Shown: positions 9,268-18,427, counted from the first letter of the stretch. The stretch: 64,000 bases of DNA from an uncultured Solirubrobacterales bacterium (GCA_963808605.1 CAWEGQ010000009.1:472697-536696), one strand, 5' to 3'. Numbers and translations are program-made. The notes: generated by a model from the letters alone, not told the origin.

Positions 9268-9446
9268 TCGTGATCGCGGCCGAGCCCGAGCGAGGTCCTC
9301 GTCAGGCGGCTCGACGGCGGCCGCCGACTTCCTCGGTCTAGCAGCCGAAAGTCGGTGGCGGCGTGCCACCATCAGCCGTGGCCCGCCGTGACCCCGCCTG
9401 AATCTCTTCACCCGCCCGCCGCCCCGCGCTTGTCTCGATCATCTGG

Positions 9447-11048
9447 TTGATGGAGCGGGCAAACCGGCCTATTCGAGCGACGGCGGCCATGGTGCGGGGG
9501 TCCCAGTGGTTGGCCCGCCTGCTGCGCGGTCGAGTCGTGGAGCTGGTCGGCGGCCCTGCCCGGGCGCGGGTGATCGGTCTGTTTGGGTGCGTGCTGGCCC
9601 TTTCCAGCGCGCAGATCTCCACCGTCGGGGCGGTGGCCCCACAGCTGGAGCATGACCTGCGCATCGGCAACACCAAGATCGGCCTGCTCAACTCGGTGGC
9701 TCTGCTGATCGGAGCCCTGGCGGTGATTCCGGTCGGGTTGCTGGTCGATCGGGTGCGACGGGTACCGATGCTGGCCGCGAGCATCGTCCTCTGGAGCGTG
9801 GCCACGTTGGTGGGAGCCCTCGCCGGTTCCTATTCCAGCCTGCTGCTCACCCGCGTCGGCCTCGGCGCCGTGGCCGCCACCGCGGGTCCGGCCATCGCCT
9901 CGTTGACCGGCGACTACTTTCCCTCTCCGGAGCGCGGACGCGTCTATGGCTACATCCTCAGCGGAGAGATCGCCGGAACGGCGGTCGGCTTTTTGATCAG
10001 CGGCACCGTCGCCAGCGTGATCTCCTGGCGGGTGGCCTTCGTGCTGCTGGCGCTGCCCGGTTTCTTCCTGGCCCGGTCTTTGTGGCGCACCGTGCCGGAA
10101 CCACTGCGCGGGGGCCACAGCCGCCTGCGGCGCGGAACCCTGGACCTGGCGGAGGCGCAGGCCAGTCCGGACGGCGGCGAGCAACCCGCCGATCCGGACG
10201 GAGTTGACGGGCCCGAACAGGAGCGAGCACAGGCGGCGGCCAGCCAACGCGGCGTCGCACCCGACCCAGAGCTCGTCCTAAACACCAATCCCGAGTCCAT
10301 GTCCCTCTCCGACGCGGTGCGCTACATCCTCCGCATCCCCACCAACACGCTGCTGATCATCAGTTCCTCGCTCGGATACTTCTTCTTCGCTGGGCTGTCG
10401 ACCTTCGCGATCATCTTCGTGCGCGGTCACTACCACGCTAGCCAGGCCACCGCGACCCTGGTGCTTGGCCTGTTGGTGTTGGGCGCGCTGATCGGGACCC
10501 TGCTGAGCGGGCCGCTGACCGACCTGCTCACCCGCCGCGGTCAGCTCGAGGCGCGGGTGTGGATCCCGGCGGTGTGTTACATCGGCGCCGCCGCGGTCCT
10601 GATCCCCGGTCTGCTGAGCAGCCGGCTGAGCTCGGCGATCTGGTTCGATGTGGCGGGCGCCGCGCTGATCTCCGCCGCCAATCCCCCGCTCGATGCGGCT
10701 CGCCTCGACATCATGCCGTCGGCGCTGTGGGGCCGGGCCGAGAGCACCCGGACATTCCTGCGCTCCCTCGCGCAAGCGCTGGCGCCGCTGCTGTTCGGGG
10801 CCGTCGCCGACCTGGTGGCGGGATTCGTGCCGACGCAGGCGCCGCTCGGTACGCATGTCCATCGCGTCGTTTCATCGGCGACCGGCACCGGGCTGCAGGT
10901 CACCTTCCTGATCATGCTGACCTCGCTCGCCGCGGGCGGAGTCTTTCTGCTCTACGCGCGCCACACCTACGTCCCCGACGTCGCCACCGCGGGCGCGGCC
11001 TGGAAACCGGACGCCGGGCCTTCGCCGGAGGTCGGGACCGCGGACTAA
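9447..11048 (+). CDS. MFS transporter
   Basis: About 12 hydrophobic segments; GLLVDRVRRVP loop motif typical of MFS. Start uncertain (9447 or 9489). Confidence 0.8.
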   Translation: MMERANRPIRATAAMVRGSQWLARLLRGRVVELVGGPARARVIGLFGCVLALSSAQISTVGAVAPQLEHDLRIGNTKIGLLNSVALLIGALAVIPVGLLVDRVRRVPMLAASIVLWSVATLVGALAGSYSSLLLTRVGLGAVAATAGPAIASLTGDYFPSPERGRVYGYILSGEIAGTAVGFLISGTVASVISWRVAFVLLALPGFFLARSLWRTVPEPLRGGHSRLRRGTLDLAEAQASPDGGEQPADPDGVDGPEQERAQAAASQRGVAPDPELVLNTNPESMSLSDAVRYILRIPTNTLLIISSSLGYFFFAGLSTFAIIFVRGHYHASQATATLVLGLLVLGALIGTLLSGPLTDLLTRRGQLEARVWIPAVCYIGAAAVLIPGLLSSRLSSAIWFDVAGAALISAANPPLDAARLDIMPSALWGRAESTRTFLRSLAQALAPLLFGAVADLVAGFVPTQAPLGTHVHRVVSSATGTGLQVTFLIMLTSLAAGGVFLLYARHTYVPDVATAGAAWKPDAGPSPEVGTAD

Positions 11049-11150
11049 ACGCGCCGAGCCGTGCCCCGGCGATCGGTCCAGCACGTCCGTTAGCCCGACG
11101 GGAAGCTCGCGATCGCCCGTGGTTGCGGGCGATAGGCGGCCACGACATGC

Positions 11151-11197
11151 GGAATCATAATCCGCGTGTCGGGGGGTTCGAGTCCCTCCTCCGGCAT
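11151..11197 (+). repeat. tRNA-Met(CAT)-like 3-prime half fragment, direct repeat copy 2 (att-like)
   Basis: Same sequence as 6904-6948 except 6 G instead of 4 G in the T-stem run. Complete anticodon stem GCGGA/TCCGC here. No 5-prime acceptor or D-arm. Followed by an intrinsic terminator. Confidence 0.7.
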
Positions 11198-11214
11198 GTG
11201 CGCAGTCCTTGGAA

Positions 11215-11237
11215 GGCCCCTCATTGGGGCCCTTTTT
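11215..11237 (+). terminator. Rho-independent terminator following the tRNA-like fragment
   Basis: GGCCCC-TCATT-GGGGCC followed by CTTTTTGTG. Confidence 0.7.
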
Positions 11238-11337
11238 GTGGGCGGGATAGTCGGTTAGAGCAGGCGAAAAGTGTGACGACCGCCGTATCAGCCGCTTTGC
11301 TCGATCAGCAGGTCCCGGCGAAGGGTCGGGTGATGGG

Positions 11338-11742
11338 TCACTCGGGCGCGGCGACCGACCAGCCGGCCTGCTTGGCGGCGGCGGCCATGCGTTCGTCGTA
11401 GGTGACGATCAGCCTGACTGCTGTGCCGAGCAGTCGGGCGCTGGCGAGGTGGATCGCGCCCAGCGACCGGAGCTCGTTGGGTTGCATTTGGCCGGCGTCG
11501 TTCAGAACGTGGTCGTTGACGCGTACGAGTTGGATCCGCCGCAAGACCTCCTGGCCGCGAGCGACGGCCTGCGCTCCGGCTGGATGCAGTGCGCGCGTCA
11601 CCTCGGTCCGCGCGAGCGCGCTGCTGACCAGGGGCTGGCGGCGAGTCAGGTAGCGGCGGAGGGCCGGCGACTCGGGTTCTGCGATTGCCAGCTTGACGAT
11701 TGCCGAGGAGTCGACGTAGGTCAGCCGCTGCTCAGCGTTCAT
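11338..11742 (-). CDS. vapC: PIN-domain toxin (VapC family)
   Basis: MNAEQRLTYVDSSAIVKL start with a conserved acidic residue; 134 aa; 11-nt overlap with the upstream antitoxin gene. The longer ORF-track extension is rejected. Confidence 0.85.
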   Translation of the reverse strand: MNAEQRLTYVDSSAIVKLAIAEPESPALRRYLTRRQPLVSSALARTEVTRALHPAGAQAVARGQEVLRRIQLVRVNDHVLNDAGQMQPNELRSLGAIHLASARLLGTAVRLIVTYDERMAAAAKQAGWSVAAPE

Positions 11743-12004
11743 CGCGGCGCTGCGACGCCAGCACCAGCGAGGGTGCTTCGCTACCGACGGGGAGAGGCAG
11801 CGGTTCCGGCAAGTCGTCGAGCTCGCCCTCGCCTGGTTGCAGGTCACCGGCCGCTCGCAGACGCTGCACCGGATCGTCGGGGAGGGGTGAGAGCACTGCG
11901 ACCGGCCTGCCACGGTCGGTGATCTCGATGCTCTCGCCGTTCTCGACACGACGAACCAGTTCGCTAGCTCGTTGTCGAAGCTCCCTGATACCTACGCTTG
12001 CCAT
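11732..12004 (-). CDS. Phd/YefM-family antitoxin
   Basis: MASVGIRELRQRASELVRRVENGESIEITDRGRPVAVLSP is a typical Phd/YefM N-terminus. Confidence 0.8.
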   Translation of the reverse strand: MASVGIRELRQRASELVRRVENGESIEITDRGRPVAVLSPLPDDPVQRLRAAGDLQPGEGELDDLPEPLPLPVGSEAPSLVLASQRRDER

Positions 12005-12005
12005 G

Positions 12006-12021
12006 GTGCTATTTGTAGCAC
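12006..12021 (-). promoter_or_regulatory. Palindromic putative operator abutting the antitoxin start codon
   Basis: GTGCTA-TTTG-TAGCAC lies 1 nt upstream of ATG (minus strand) and contains TACAAA(T), a -10-like sequence, which suggests a leaderless autoregulated TA operon. Confidence 0.4.
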
Positions 12022-12203
12022 AAGTTCCGGGCCACCCCACCGCGCTGACGACGACCGAGACTCATCCGCCAGCCGCCAACTGAGCCGTCGCATTGCGCTG
12101 GTCGCTGGCTGACATTCAGCTGGCATCTCGGCGGCTAGCCGGGCTCTCGTCATCTTCACTCTGGTCGCGAGGGCGTCACCGAGCCGGTCCTCACGGAGGT
12201 TCT

Positions 12204-14057
12204 TCAGTGGCTTCGGACGAGGGGTAGACGCGGGAGGTGTCCGTTGTCGGCGCGGATCAGGGTGGTGATGTCCGCGGCGGCCATCGGGCGAGCGAAGTAA
12301 ATGCCCTGGCAGCAGTCCGAGCCCAGGGTGGCGAGCTGCTCATGCTGCTCCGCCGTCTCGACGCCTTCCGCGATTACGGTCATATCGAGCCCATGTGCGA
12401 GCTGGATCATCGCGATCAGGATCGTCTGACCAGGGGATCCGCCGGCGAGGTTGGTGATGAAGCTCCGATCGATCTTGAGCGCGTCGATCGGGAGGGTCTG
12501 GAGGTAGCTGAGCGAGGAGTACCCGGTCCCGAAGTCGTCGAGAGCCAGCTTGACCCCGGCGGTCTTGAGATCATCGAGCACGATCAGGGCGCGTTCACGA
12601 TCGCGGACGAAGACGGTCTCGGTCACCTCCAGGGTCAACAGCGCGGGGTCGGTTGAGGTGGCCCTGAGGACGGCCGCGACCGAGTCGGCGAAGCCGGCGG
12701 ACATGAACTGGTGCGGCGATACGTTGACCGACATCCCGATCTCGTCGCTGCGGCGCCGCTGCCAGCTCTGTCTCTCCTGGCATGCTCGCTCAAGGATCCA
12801 GTGGCCCAGCTCGATGATCTGACCCGACTGCTCGGCGAACGGAATGAATATCGCTGGCGACACGGCTCCGCGACTCGGATGCGTCCACCGCAAGAGCGCC
12901 TCGACGCTGGTCACGCGGCCATCGCCGGTTTCGACGATCGGCTGGTATGCGACATGTAGCTCACCGCGTGCCAAAGCGCCCGGGAGGCCCCGCGCGAGGC
13001 CGGCTTGATGCTCGGCGAGGCGCAACCCGGGCGGCCCGAGAACCCGGCCGCGCGATCCCTTCCGGCGCTTCTCACGGTACATGGCGACATCTGCGTTATG
13101 GATGAGGTCCTCGGGCGCAAAATCACCGCCTCCGGTGAGGGCGATACCGATACTGCTATCAACGCTCAGCTCGACGTCTGCCAGCTCGTACGGTCTGGTC
13201 AAGGCGGATTCGAAGCGGGCCGCGATCGCGTCGGCCTGAGCAGGGTCGTTGAGCTCTTCGCAGAGCACGACGAATTCGTCGCCGGCCAGGCGGGCCAGAG
13301 TATCCCCCGGGCGTAGTACGCCAGCCAGGCGCTGCCCTGCGGCTATCAGCAACTCGTCACCGACCCGGTGGCCGTGGGTGTCGTTGATCGATTTGAATCC
13401 GTCGAGGTCTACGAAGAACAGGGCGCTGGTCTTGCCCGATCGCGCTGCACGATGAGACGCGTGCTCGAGGCGCTGCTTAAGCAGGGTGCGGTTAGCTAGC
13501 CCGGTCAGCGGGTCGTGCATCGCCGCCTCGCGTGATTGATCGGAGGAGTCCTGCAGATCTGACCGTGCTTGGGCGTTGATCAGGTAGGCCGCGGCCACGT
13601 CCGCAAGCGTCTGTGCGGCTCTCATCGAAACCGGCGTTAGCGGGCCTGCCGTGTCTCGGTAGAGGTCCAGTGCGCCGAGCGAGAGATCGTCATGGCGCAG
13701 CGGGAACGTGAACACCGCGGCCAGTCCGGCTGCCAACGCGCGGGGGGCGAATAGCGGGAAGCGATCCTCGTCGGTGAGATCCGGCACCGAAACCGCTTCG
13801 CGAGTACGGAAGGCGGCCAGGCATGGTCCTTCTCCCAGCTCGGTCTGCAGCTTCTCATAGCGTAGAGCCGAAGCGTTGGAGGCGGCGATGTAGCGCGGAT
13901 CGTGGCCGGATGAGATCAGGGTGACCCCGGCGGCGGAGATCGGCATGACGTCGACGATCCGCTCAACCAGGTGATCGAGAATGTCCTGAATGGGGAAATC
14001 CGTGACCATCGTGCGAGCGAACTCGCTGAGAACGTCCGCCAGCTCTTCTTTGACCAT
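12204..14057 (-). CDS. GAF-GGDEF-EAL c-di-GMP metabolism protein
   Basis: N-terminal GAF; GGDEF domain with AGDEF active-site variant and RxxD I-site (RPGDTLARLAGDEF); EAL domain with EALLRW, DDFGTGYSS, KIDRSF, EGVET, QG motifs. Confidence 0.9.
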   Translation of the reverse strand: MVKEELADVLSEFARTMVTDFPIQDILDHLVERIVDVMPISAAGVTLISSGHDPRYIAASNASALRYEKLQTELGEGPCLAAFRTREAVSVPDLTDEDRFPLFAPRALAAGLAAVFTFPLRHDDLSLGALDLYRDTAGPLTPVSMRAAQTLADVAAAYLINAQARSDLQDSSDQSREAAMHDPLTGLANRTLLKQRLEHASHRAARSGKTSALFFVDLDGFKSINDTHGHRVGDELLIAAGQRLAGVLRPGDTLARLAGDEFVVLCEELNDPAQADAIAARFESALTRPYELADVELSVDSSIGIALTGGGDFAPEDLIHNADVAMYREKRRKGSRGRVLGPPGLRLAEHQAGLARGLPGALARGELHVAYQPIVETGDGRVTSVEALLRWTHPSRGAVSPAIFIPFAEQSGQIIELGHWILERACQERQSWQRRRSDEIGMSVNVSPHQFMSAGFADSVAAVLRATSTDPALLTLEVTETVFVRDRERALIVLDDLKTAGVKLALDDFGTGYSSLSYLQTLPIDALKIDRSFITNLAGGSPGQTILIAMIQLAHGLDMTVIAEGVETAEQHEQLATLGSDCCQGIYFARPMAAADITTLIRADNGHLPRLPLVRSH

Positions 14058-14264
14058 GACACTCCAGCTTGAGCACGCTTCTGGCGAGACTGGATGATTT
14101 ATGGTCGCTGATCGACGTTGTGCCGGTGACCCAACGCCCTACCGCGTCCTTCGCTTCGGCTTCTCAGGCGTCAAGCGACAAGCCGGGCGCCTCAACGCAC
14201 ACGACCTAGGAGTGTCGCGGATTCGGCAGGCTTACACAATCGGCCGACCGGCCGATGGCTTGGG

Positions 14265-15722
14265 CTAGCGAATGAGTCCCAGCCGAAGGGCCTCTCCGAC
14301 GGCGGACGCCCGATCGTGGACCCCGAGCTTGCGGTAGATGTGTTCCATGTGCGTCTTGACCGTGGCCTGGCTGAGTTCCATCTCTTCGGCGATTTGGCGT
14401 CGCACATACCCGATGGCCGAGAGTTGGAGTACCTCCAGTTCACGAGGACTCAGCAGCGGCGCGGAGAGCTCGCCGGCACGTCGCGCGAGGAAGTGCCCGA
14501 TCTCGTAGCCGATGCCGAGTAGCGACCGCATGAACTGATCTGTCAGGACGGCCTGCCGTCGCGAAGCGAAGGTGAGCACCGCCAGCACCTCGGCACCATA
14601 TGTCGCCGGCACCGCCAGCGAGCCACGCAATCCGGTCTGACCATCCAGCGCCCGGACCGTACCGGACGCTTCATCCGTGAGGTCGGCCACCCTTGTCGGC
14701 TCGCCCGACGCCCAGGCTGATCCGGCCAGGCCCTCGCCCCGCCCGAGGCGAACCTGGCCCAGATCCAAGTTTCCCTCCAACGTGTTCAATCCTCGCGCAT
14801 GCCAGGCCACCCACACGGCCAGCACGTCGCCGCGCGGCGTCCATAACGCCCCCCAATCGAACTCCAACGCCTCAGCTAGATCCCTGACCAGACGGCGGGC
14901 GCCGAGGGCGCCAGGCTCCCAGCCGGCCAGGGCGTCCGAGACTGCGAACCGAGCCGCCAGCTCCAGCTGCGCCTGGTGCTGCTCGGTGAGGTCCCGGACC
15001 ATGCCGATCAGAGTGGACCTCCGGCCTTCCACCTCTGACTCGACGGTTGACGTCAGGTGACGCACTGTCCCGTCGGGCCAGATGAATCGGTAGCGCAGAT
15101 CCGGACGCGTGCCCGTCCGACGAAACTCGTCGTAGACCTGCTCGATGCGCTGTCGATCGTCGGGATGGCAATGGGCGAACACGTACTCGGCCGATGGGGT
15201 GATCTCACCGGGCTGCAGTCCATAAATCCGAAACAGATTGTCGGACCACAGCATCCGGCCAGCACTCAATTCCCAGCTCCCGAACCCAGCCAACTCCTCC
15301 GTGCGCTCGGCCAGGGTCTCTCGGCCCGGCGCCTGGCGCAGGACCCGGGGGTCCTCGGTCAGGTCTCGGATCCAGGTAGCCAAGTGCGACGGATCTTCGC
15401 TGGTTCGAGCAAAGCTCAGATTGGCGGCGAACTCACCTCCATCCGCGCGGACCGCGACGAACTCGCTGGGTGGGCCGGCACTGACCGACGGCCCACGTGC
15501 CAGGGCCAGCCGACGAGCCGCGCGGTAAACGGCCCGGTACCTCGACGCGATGATGAGATCCTCGACCGGCTCGTCAGAACCGCCGGAGTCCGAGATCGCG
15601 AACAAGGCCTCGAACGCGGCGTTCACCGCCAACACCCGCCCGTCCGGGTCGGTGATCACGACAGGATCCGGCGTGCTGGCGACCCACGCGTACTGCACCT
15701 CGTTCCGAACGGCTGACTCCAC
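14265..15722 (-). CDS. PAS-PAS-GAF sensor fused to a LuxR-type HTH output domain
   Basis: PAS-like VITDPDGRVLAVNAAFEALF; GAF region; C-terminal LSPRELEVLQLSAIGYVRRQIAEEMELSQATVKTHMEHIYRKLG. Start chosen at GTG 15722 behind GAAGGAAGG; the maximal ORF reaches 15953. Confidence 0.8.
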   Translation of the reverse strand: MESAVRNEVQYAWVASTPDPVVITDPDGRVLAVNAAFEALFAISDSGGSDEPVEDLIIASRYRAVYRAARRLALARGPSVSAGPPSEFVAVRADGGEFAANLSFARTSEDPSHLATWIRDLTEDPRVLRQAPGRETLAERTEELAGFGSWELSAGRMLWSDNLFRIYGLQPGEITPSAEYVFAHCHPDDRQRIEQVYDEFRRTGTRPDLRYRFIWPDGTVRHLTSTVESEVEGRRSTLIGMVRDLTEQHQAQLELAARFAVSDALAGWEPGALGARRLVRDLAEALEFDWGALWTPRGDVLAVWVAWHARGLNTLEGNLDLGQVRLGRGEGLAGSAWASGEPTRVADLTDEASGTVRALDGQTGLRGSLAVPATYGAEVLAVLTFASRRQAVLTDQFMRSLLGIGYEIGHFLARRAGELSAPLLSPRELEVLQLSAIGYVRRQIAEEMELSQATVKTHMEHIYRKLGVHDRASAVGEALRLGLIR

Positions 15723-16055
15723 GCCGCCCCTTCCTTCGCCTACACCATCCCCAGCTTCACGGAGCAGTATCCAACTCCTGCGAACCGGCTGCAATCGGCC
15801 AAACGGCCGATATGGGGAATCCTCTGGCGTGCCGATGTTCGTAGTCAAGGCCTCTGTTTGCGGAGATCGTGGCGCACGGGGCGCCGGCGGAGTGTCACGG
15901 ATCCTAATCGCGGAGAGTCGAGGCTGCTCAGCTTGCTGAAGTCCCTGAATCACGGAGGCTCGAGGTGGGGCGCTTCCAGGCTGGACCGTAACCTGCCGTC
16001 AGACAGCAGTCACGAACGCGAGCCGTTAGGCCTCGGCGGCGGCCAGACCGAGGTC

Positions 16056-18398
16056 GTGCGCTCCGAGTCGACCGAGCGCCGGGTTGTGCGCCTGGAAGCT
16101 GGATTGGCCAAATGCGAGGCGTGCTTCGATGTATCGGTCGGCTCGTTGATTGACCCGTTCGCTTTGCTGAGGCCGCTGCGCGAGAGCGGTGAGATCGTGG
16201 ATTTCGTCTACGAGTACACCAACGACGCGGTGTGCGAGGCCAGCGGGCTCCGCCATGAGCTGCTGATTGGAACGCGCATGCTCAAGCGGCGGACGCATCT
16301 CGCCCCGGTCGGCCTGTTTGATGCCTATGTGACCGTGATGGAGACCGACGAGCCCCTGGCTCTCGACGATTTCGCTCAGCCCGGCCGGCGGGGCGGAGAC
16401 TCTGAGCGGCGCTCCTTTGATCTGCGCGCGCTGAAGGCCGGTGAGCTGCTCGTCCTCACGTGGCGAGACGTGACCGAGCGTGACCGCGTCGACGGCGAAC
16501 ACGCACGGCTGGCCACGATCGTGCGCGCATCTGAGGACGCGATCATGTCACTCGATCGGAATCTGCGGATCACTACCTGGAACCGAGCGGCGGAGGAGGT
16601 CTTCGGTTACAGCTCAAAGGAGATTCTCGGCGAACCCAGCGACATCCTGATTCCAGCCGAGGCGACCGCTGAGAGCCGTGGCCTTCGCGAGCAGGCGGTC
16701 ATTGGTGGGAAGGTTCAGCGCTACGAAACCCGACGGCTGCACAAGGACGGCACCCTGATCGATGTCGCCATCACCGCGTTCGCGCAGACTGACTCAGCGG
16801 GAGACCCCTTGGGCATGACCACGATCACCCGCGACATCACCGAGCGGGCAGACGCTTCGCGGGCGCTGGCCGAGAGCGATGAGCGCTACCGCGAGATTCT
16901 CGAGGCCACACCCGACGGCGTCTGGCGCCTTGACGTCAGCGAGCGCACCAACTACGTCAACCCCCGGATGGCGGAGATGCTGGGCTACCGGCCAGAGGAG
17001 ATGCTCGGCCGCAGGCAGTCGGAATTCATGGACCTCAAGACGCAGCCGGTCGCGCGCCAGGAGCGCGAAGCCACTCGCAGCGAGGGACGAGCTGGGCTCG
17101 TCGAGACCTGCTTCGTACGCAAGAACGGCACGCAGTGCTGGGCACGGGTGTCACACCGGCCGCTGAGCGACCAGCAGGGCCAGCGTTCCGGTTCCCTGGT
17201 GATGGTGTCTGACATCAATGCGGAAAAGGCCCAGATGCTGGAGATGCGGGAAGCCGAGGGCTTCCTCGCCGCGTTGACCGACAGTATGGCCGAAGGCGTG
17301 TGCGCAATGAACCACGATGGTCATGTGACCTACATGAACCACGCCGCTGAGCGCCTTCTGGGCTGGAGCCAGCGGGAACTCGCCGGGCGCTCGCTGCACG
17401 ACACGATCCATTACCAGCACGATGATGGCTCACCCTATCCGTCCGCCGACTCCCCGCTCGTCGCCGTGTTGGACACGGGCTCGGTGATCCGAATCGAGGA
17501 CGACACATTCACCCGACGCGACGGGCGGCTGCTGCCCGTCGCATACAGCGCCGCCCCGATCACCAGCAACGACAAGGTCTCCGGTGTGGTCCTCGTCTTC
17601 GGCGACGTCAGCACCCGCCGAGCGGCCGAGCAGCACCGCGAGCGCGAGCGCCAAACAATGAACTGGGTCGGGCGCCTCAGAGACGCTCTCGACGAAGACC
17701 GCCTCGTCCTCTACGCCCAACCGATCATCGACCTGCAGACCCGCGAGGTCGTCATGCACGAACTGCTGCTGCGACTGATCGACCGTGACGGCGCGATCAT
17801 CGCTCCAGGCCAGTTCCTGCCCGCCGCCGAGCAATACGGTCTGATCGAAGACATCGACCGATGGGTCCTCGCCCAGGCGATCGAGCACGCAGCACGTGGC
17901 CACAAGGTCCACTTCAACGTCTCCGGCAAATCGCTGGGGTCTCGCGAACTCATCAGCGATCTCGTGCGCGGGCTGCGCCAGACCGCCGCGGACCCCGGGC
18001 TGCTGGTCTGCGAGATCACCGAGACCGCGCTCGCCAACGACGAGGGCCTCGCCGAAGCGTTCGTCCATGAGCTCTCAGACCTCGGCTGCGAAATCGCCCT
18101 GGACGACTTCGGGGTCGGGTTTGGCGGCTTTGCCTATCTCAAGCGGCTACCGGTGACCGTCATCAAGATCGACATTCAGTTCGTACGCGACCTGATCGAG
18201 AATCCTCAGAACCAGCACGTCGTCAAAGCGATCGTCAACCTCGCCCAAGGCTTCGGGCGCCAGACCGTCGCCGAAGGCGTCGAGGATCCGGCAGCGCTCG
18301 ACCTGCTCGAGCAGTACGGCGTCGACTACGCTCAGGGCTATGCGATCGGGCGCCCCTCGCCCAGCGAGGTCGTCCTCGGCGACGACCATCGAGCCTGA
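16056..18398 (+). CDS. Multi-PAS sensor with stand-alone EAL domain (c-di-GMP phosphodiesterase, no GGDEF domain)
   Basis: Several PAS modules (IMSLDRNLRITTWNRAAEEVFGY, VWRLDVSERTNYVNPRMAEMLGY, VCAMNHDGHVTYMNHAAERLLGW); EAL domain with ELLLRL, FNVSG, CEITE, DDFGVGFGG, KIDIQF, AEGVE, AQG. Start uncertain (15858-16056). Confidence 0.85.
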   Translation: MRSESTERRVVRLEAGLAKCEACFDVSVGSLIDPFALLRPLRESGEIVDFVYEYTNDAVCEASGLRHELLIGTRMLKRRTHLAPVGLFDAYVTVMETDEPLALDDFAQPGRRGGDSERRSFDLRALKAGELLVLTWRDVTERDRVDGEHARLATIVRASEDAIMSLDRNLRITTWNRAAEEVFGYSSKEILGEPSDILIPAEATAESRGLREQAVIGGKVQRYETRRLHKDGTLIDVAITAFAQTDSAGDPLGMTTITRDITERADASRALAESDERYREILEATPDGVWRLDVSERTNYVNPRMAEMLGYRPEEMLGRRQSEFMDLKTQPVARQEREATRSEGRAGLVETCFVRKNGTQCWARVSHRPLSDQQGQRSGSLVMVSDINAEKAQMLEMREAEGFLAALTDSMAEGVCAMNHDGHVTYMNHAAERLLGWSQRELAGRSLHDTIHYQHDDGSPYPSADSPLVAVLDTGSVIRIEDDTFTRRDGRLLPVAYSAAPITSNDKVSGVVLVFGDVSTRRAAEQHRERERQTMNWVGRLRDALDEDRLVLYAQPIIDLQTREVVMHELLLRLIDRDGAIIAPGQFLPAAEQYGLIEDIDRWVLAQAIEHAARGHKVHFNVSGKSLGSRELISDLVRGLRQTAADPGLLVCEITETALANDEGLAEAFVHELSDLGCEIALDDFGVGFGGFAYLKRLPVTVIKIDIQFVRDLIENPQNQHVVKAIVNLAQGFGRQTVAEGVEDPAALDLLEQYGVDYAQGYAIGRPSPSEVVLGDDHRA

Positions 18399-18427
18399 GC
18401 TGCTCCACAGATGACGCGAGGCGATCT

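Noticed and set aside
11100-11240. tmRNA (ssrA) 3-prime domain
   Set aside because: There is no G3:U70-type acceptor. An anticodon-like hairpin is present immediately before the T-arm, which tmRNA lacks. No tag-peptide reading frame or pseudoknot region lies upstream.
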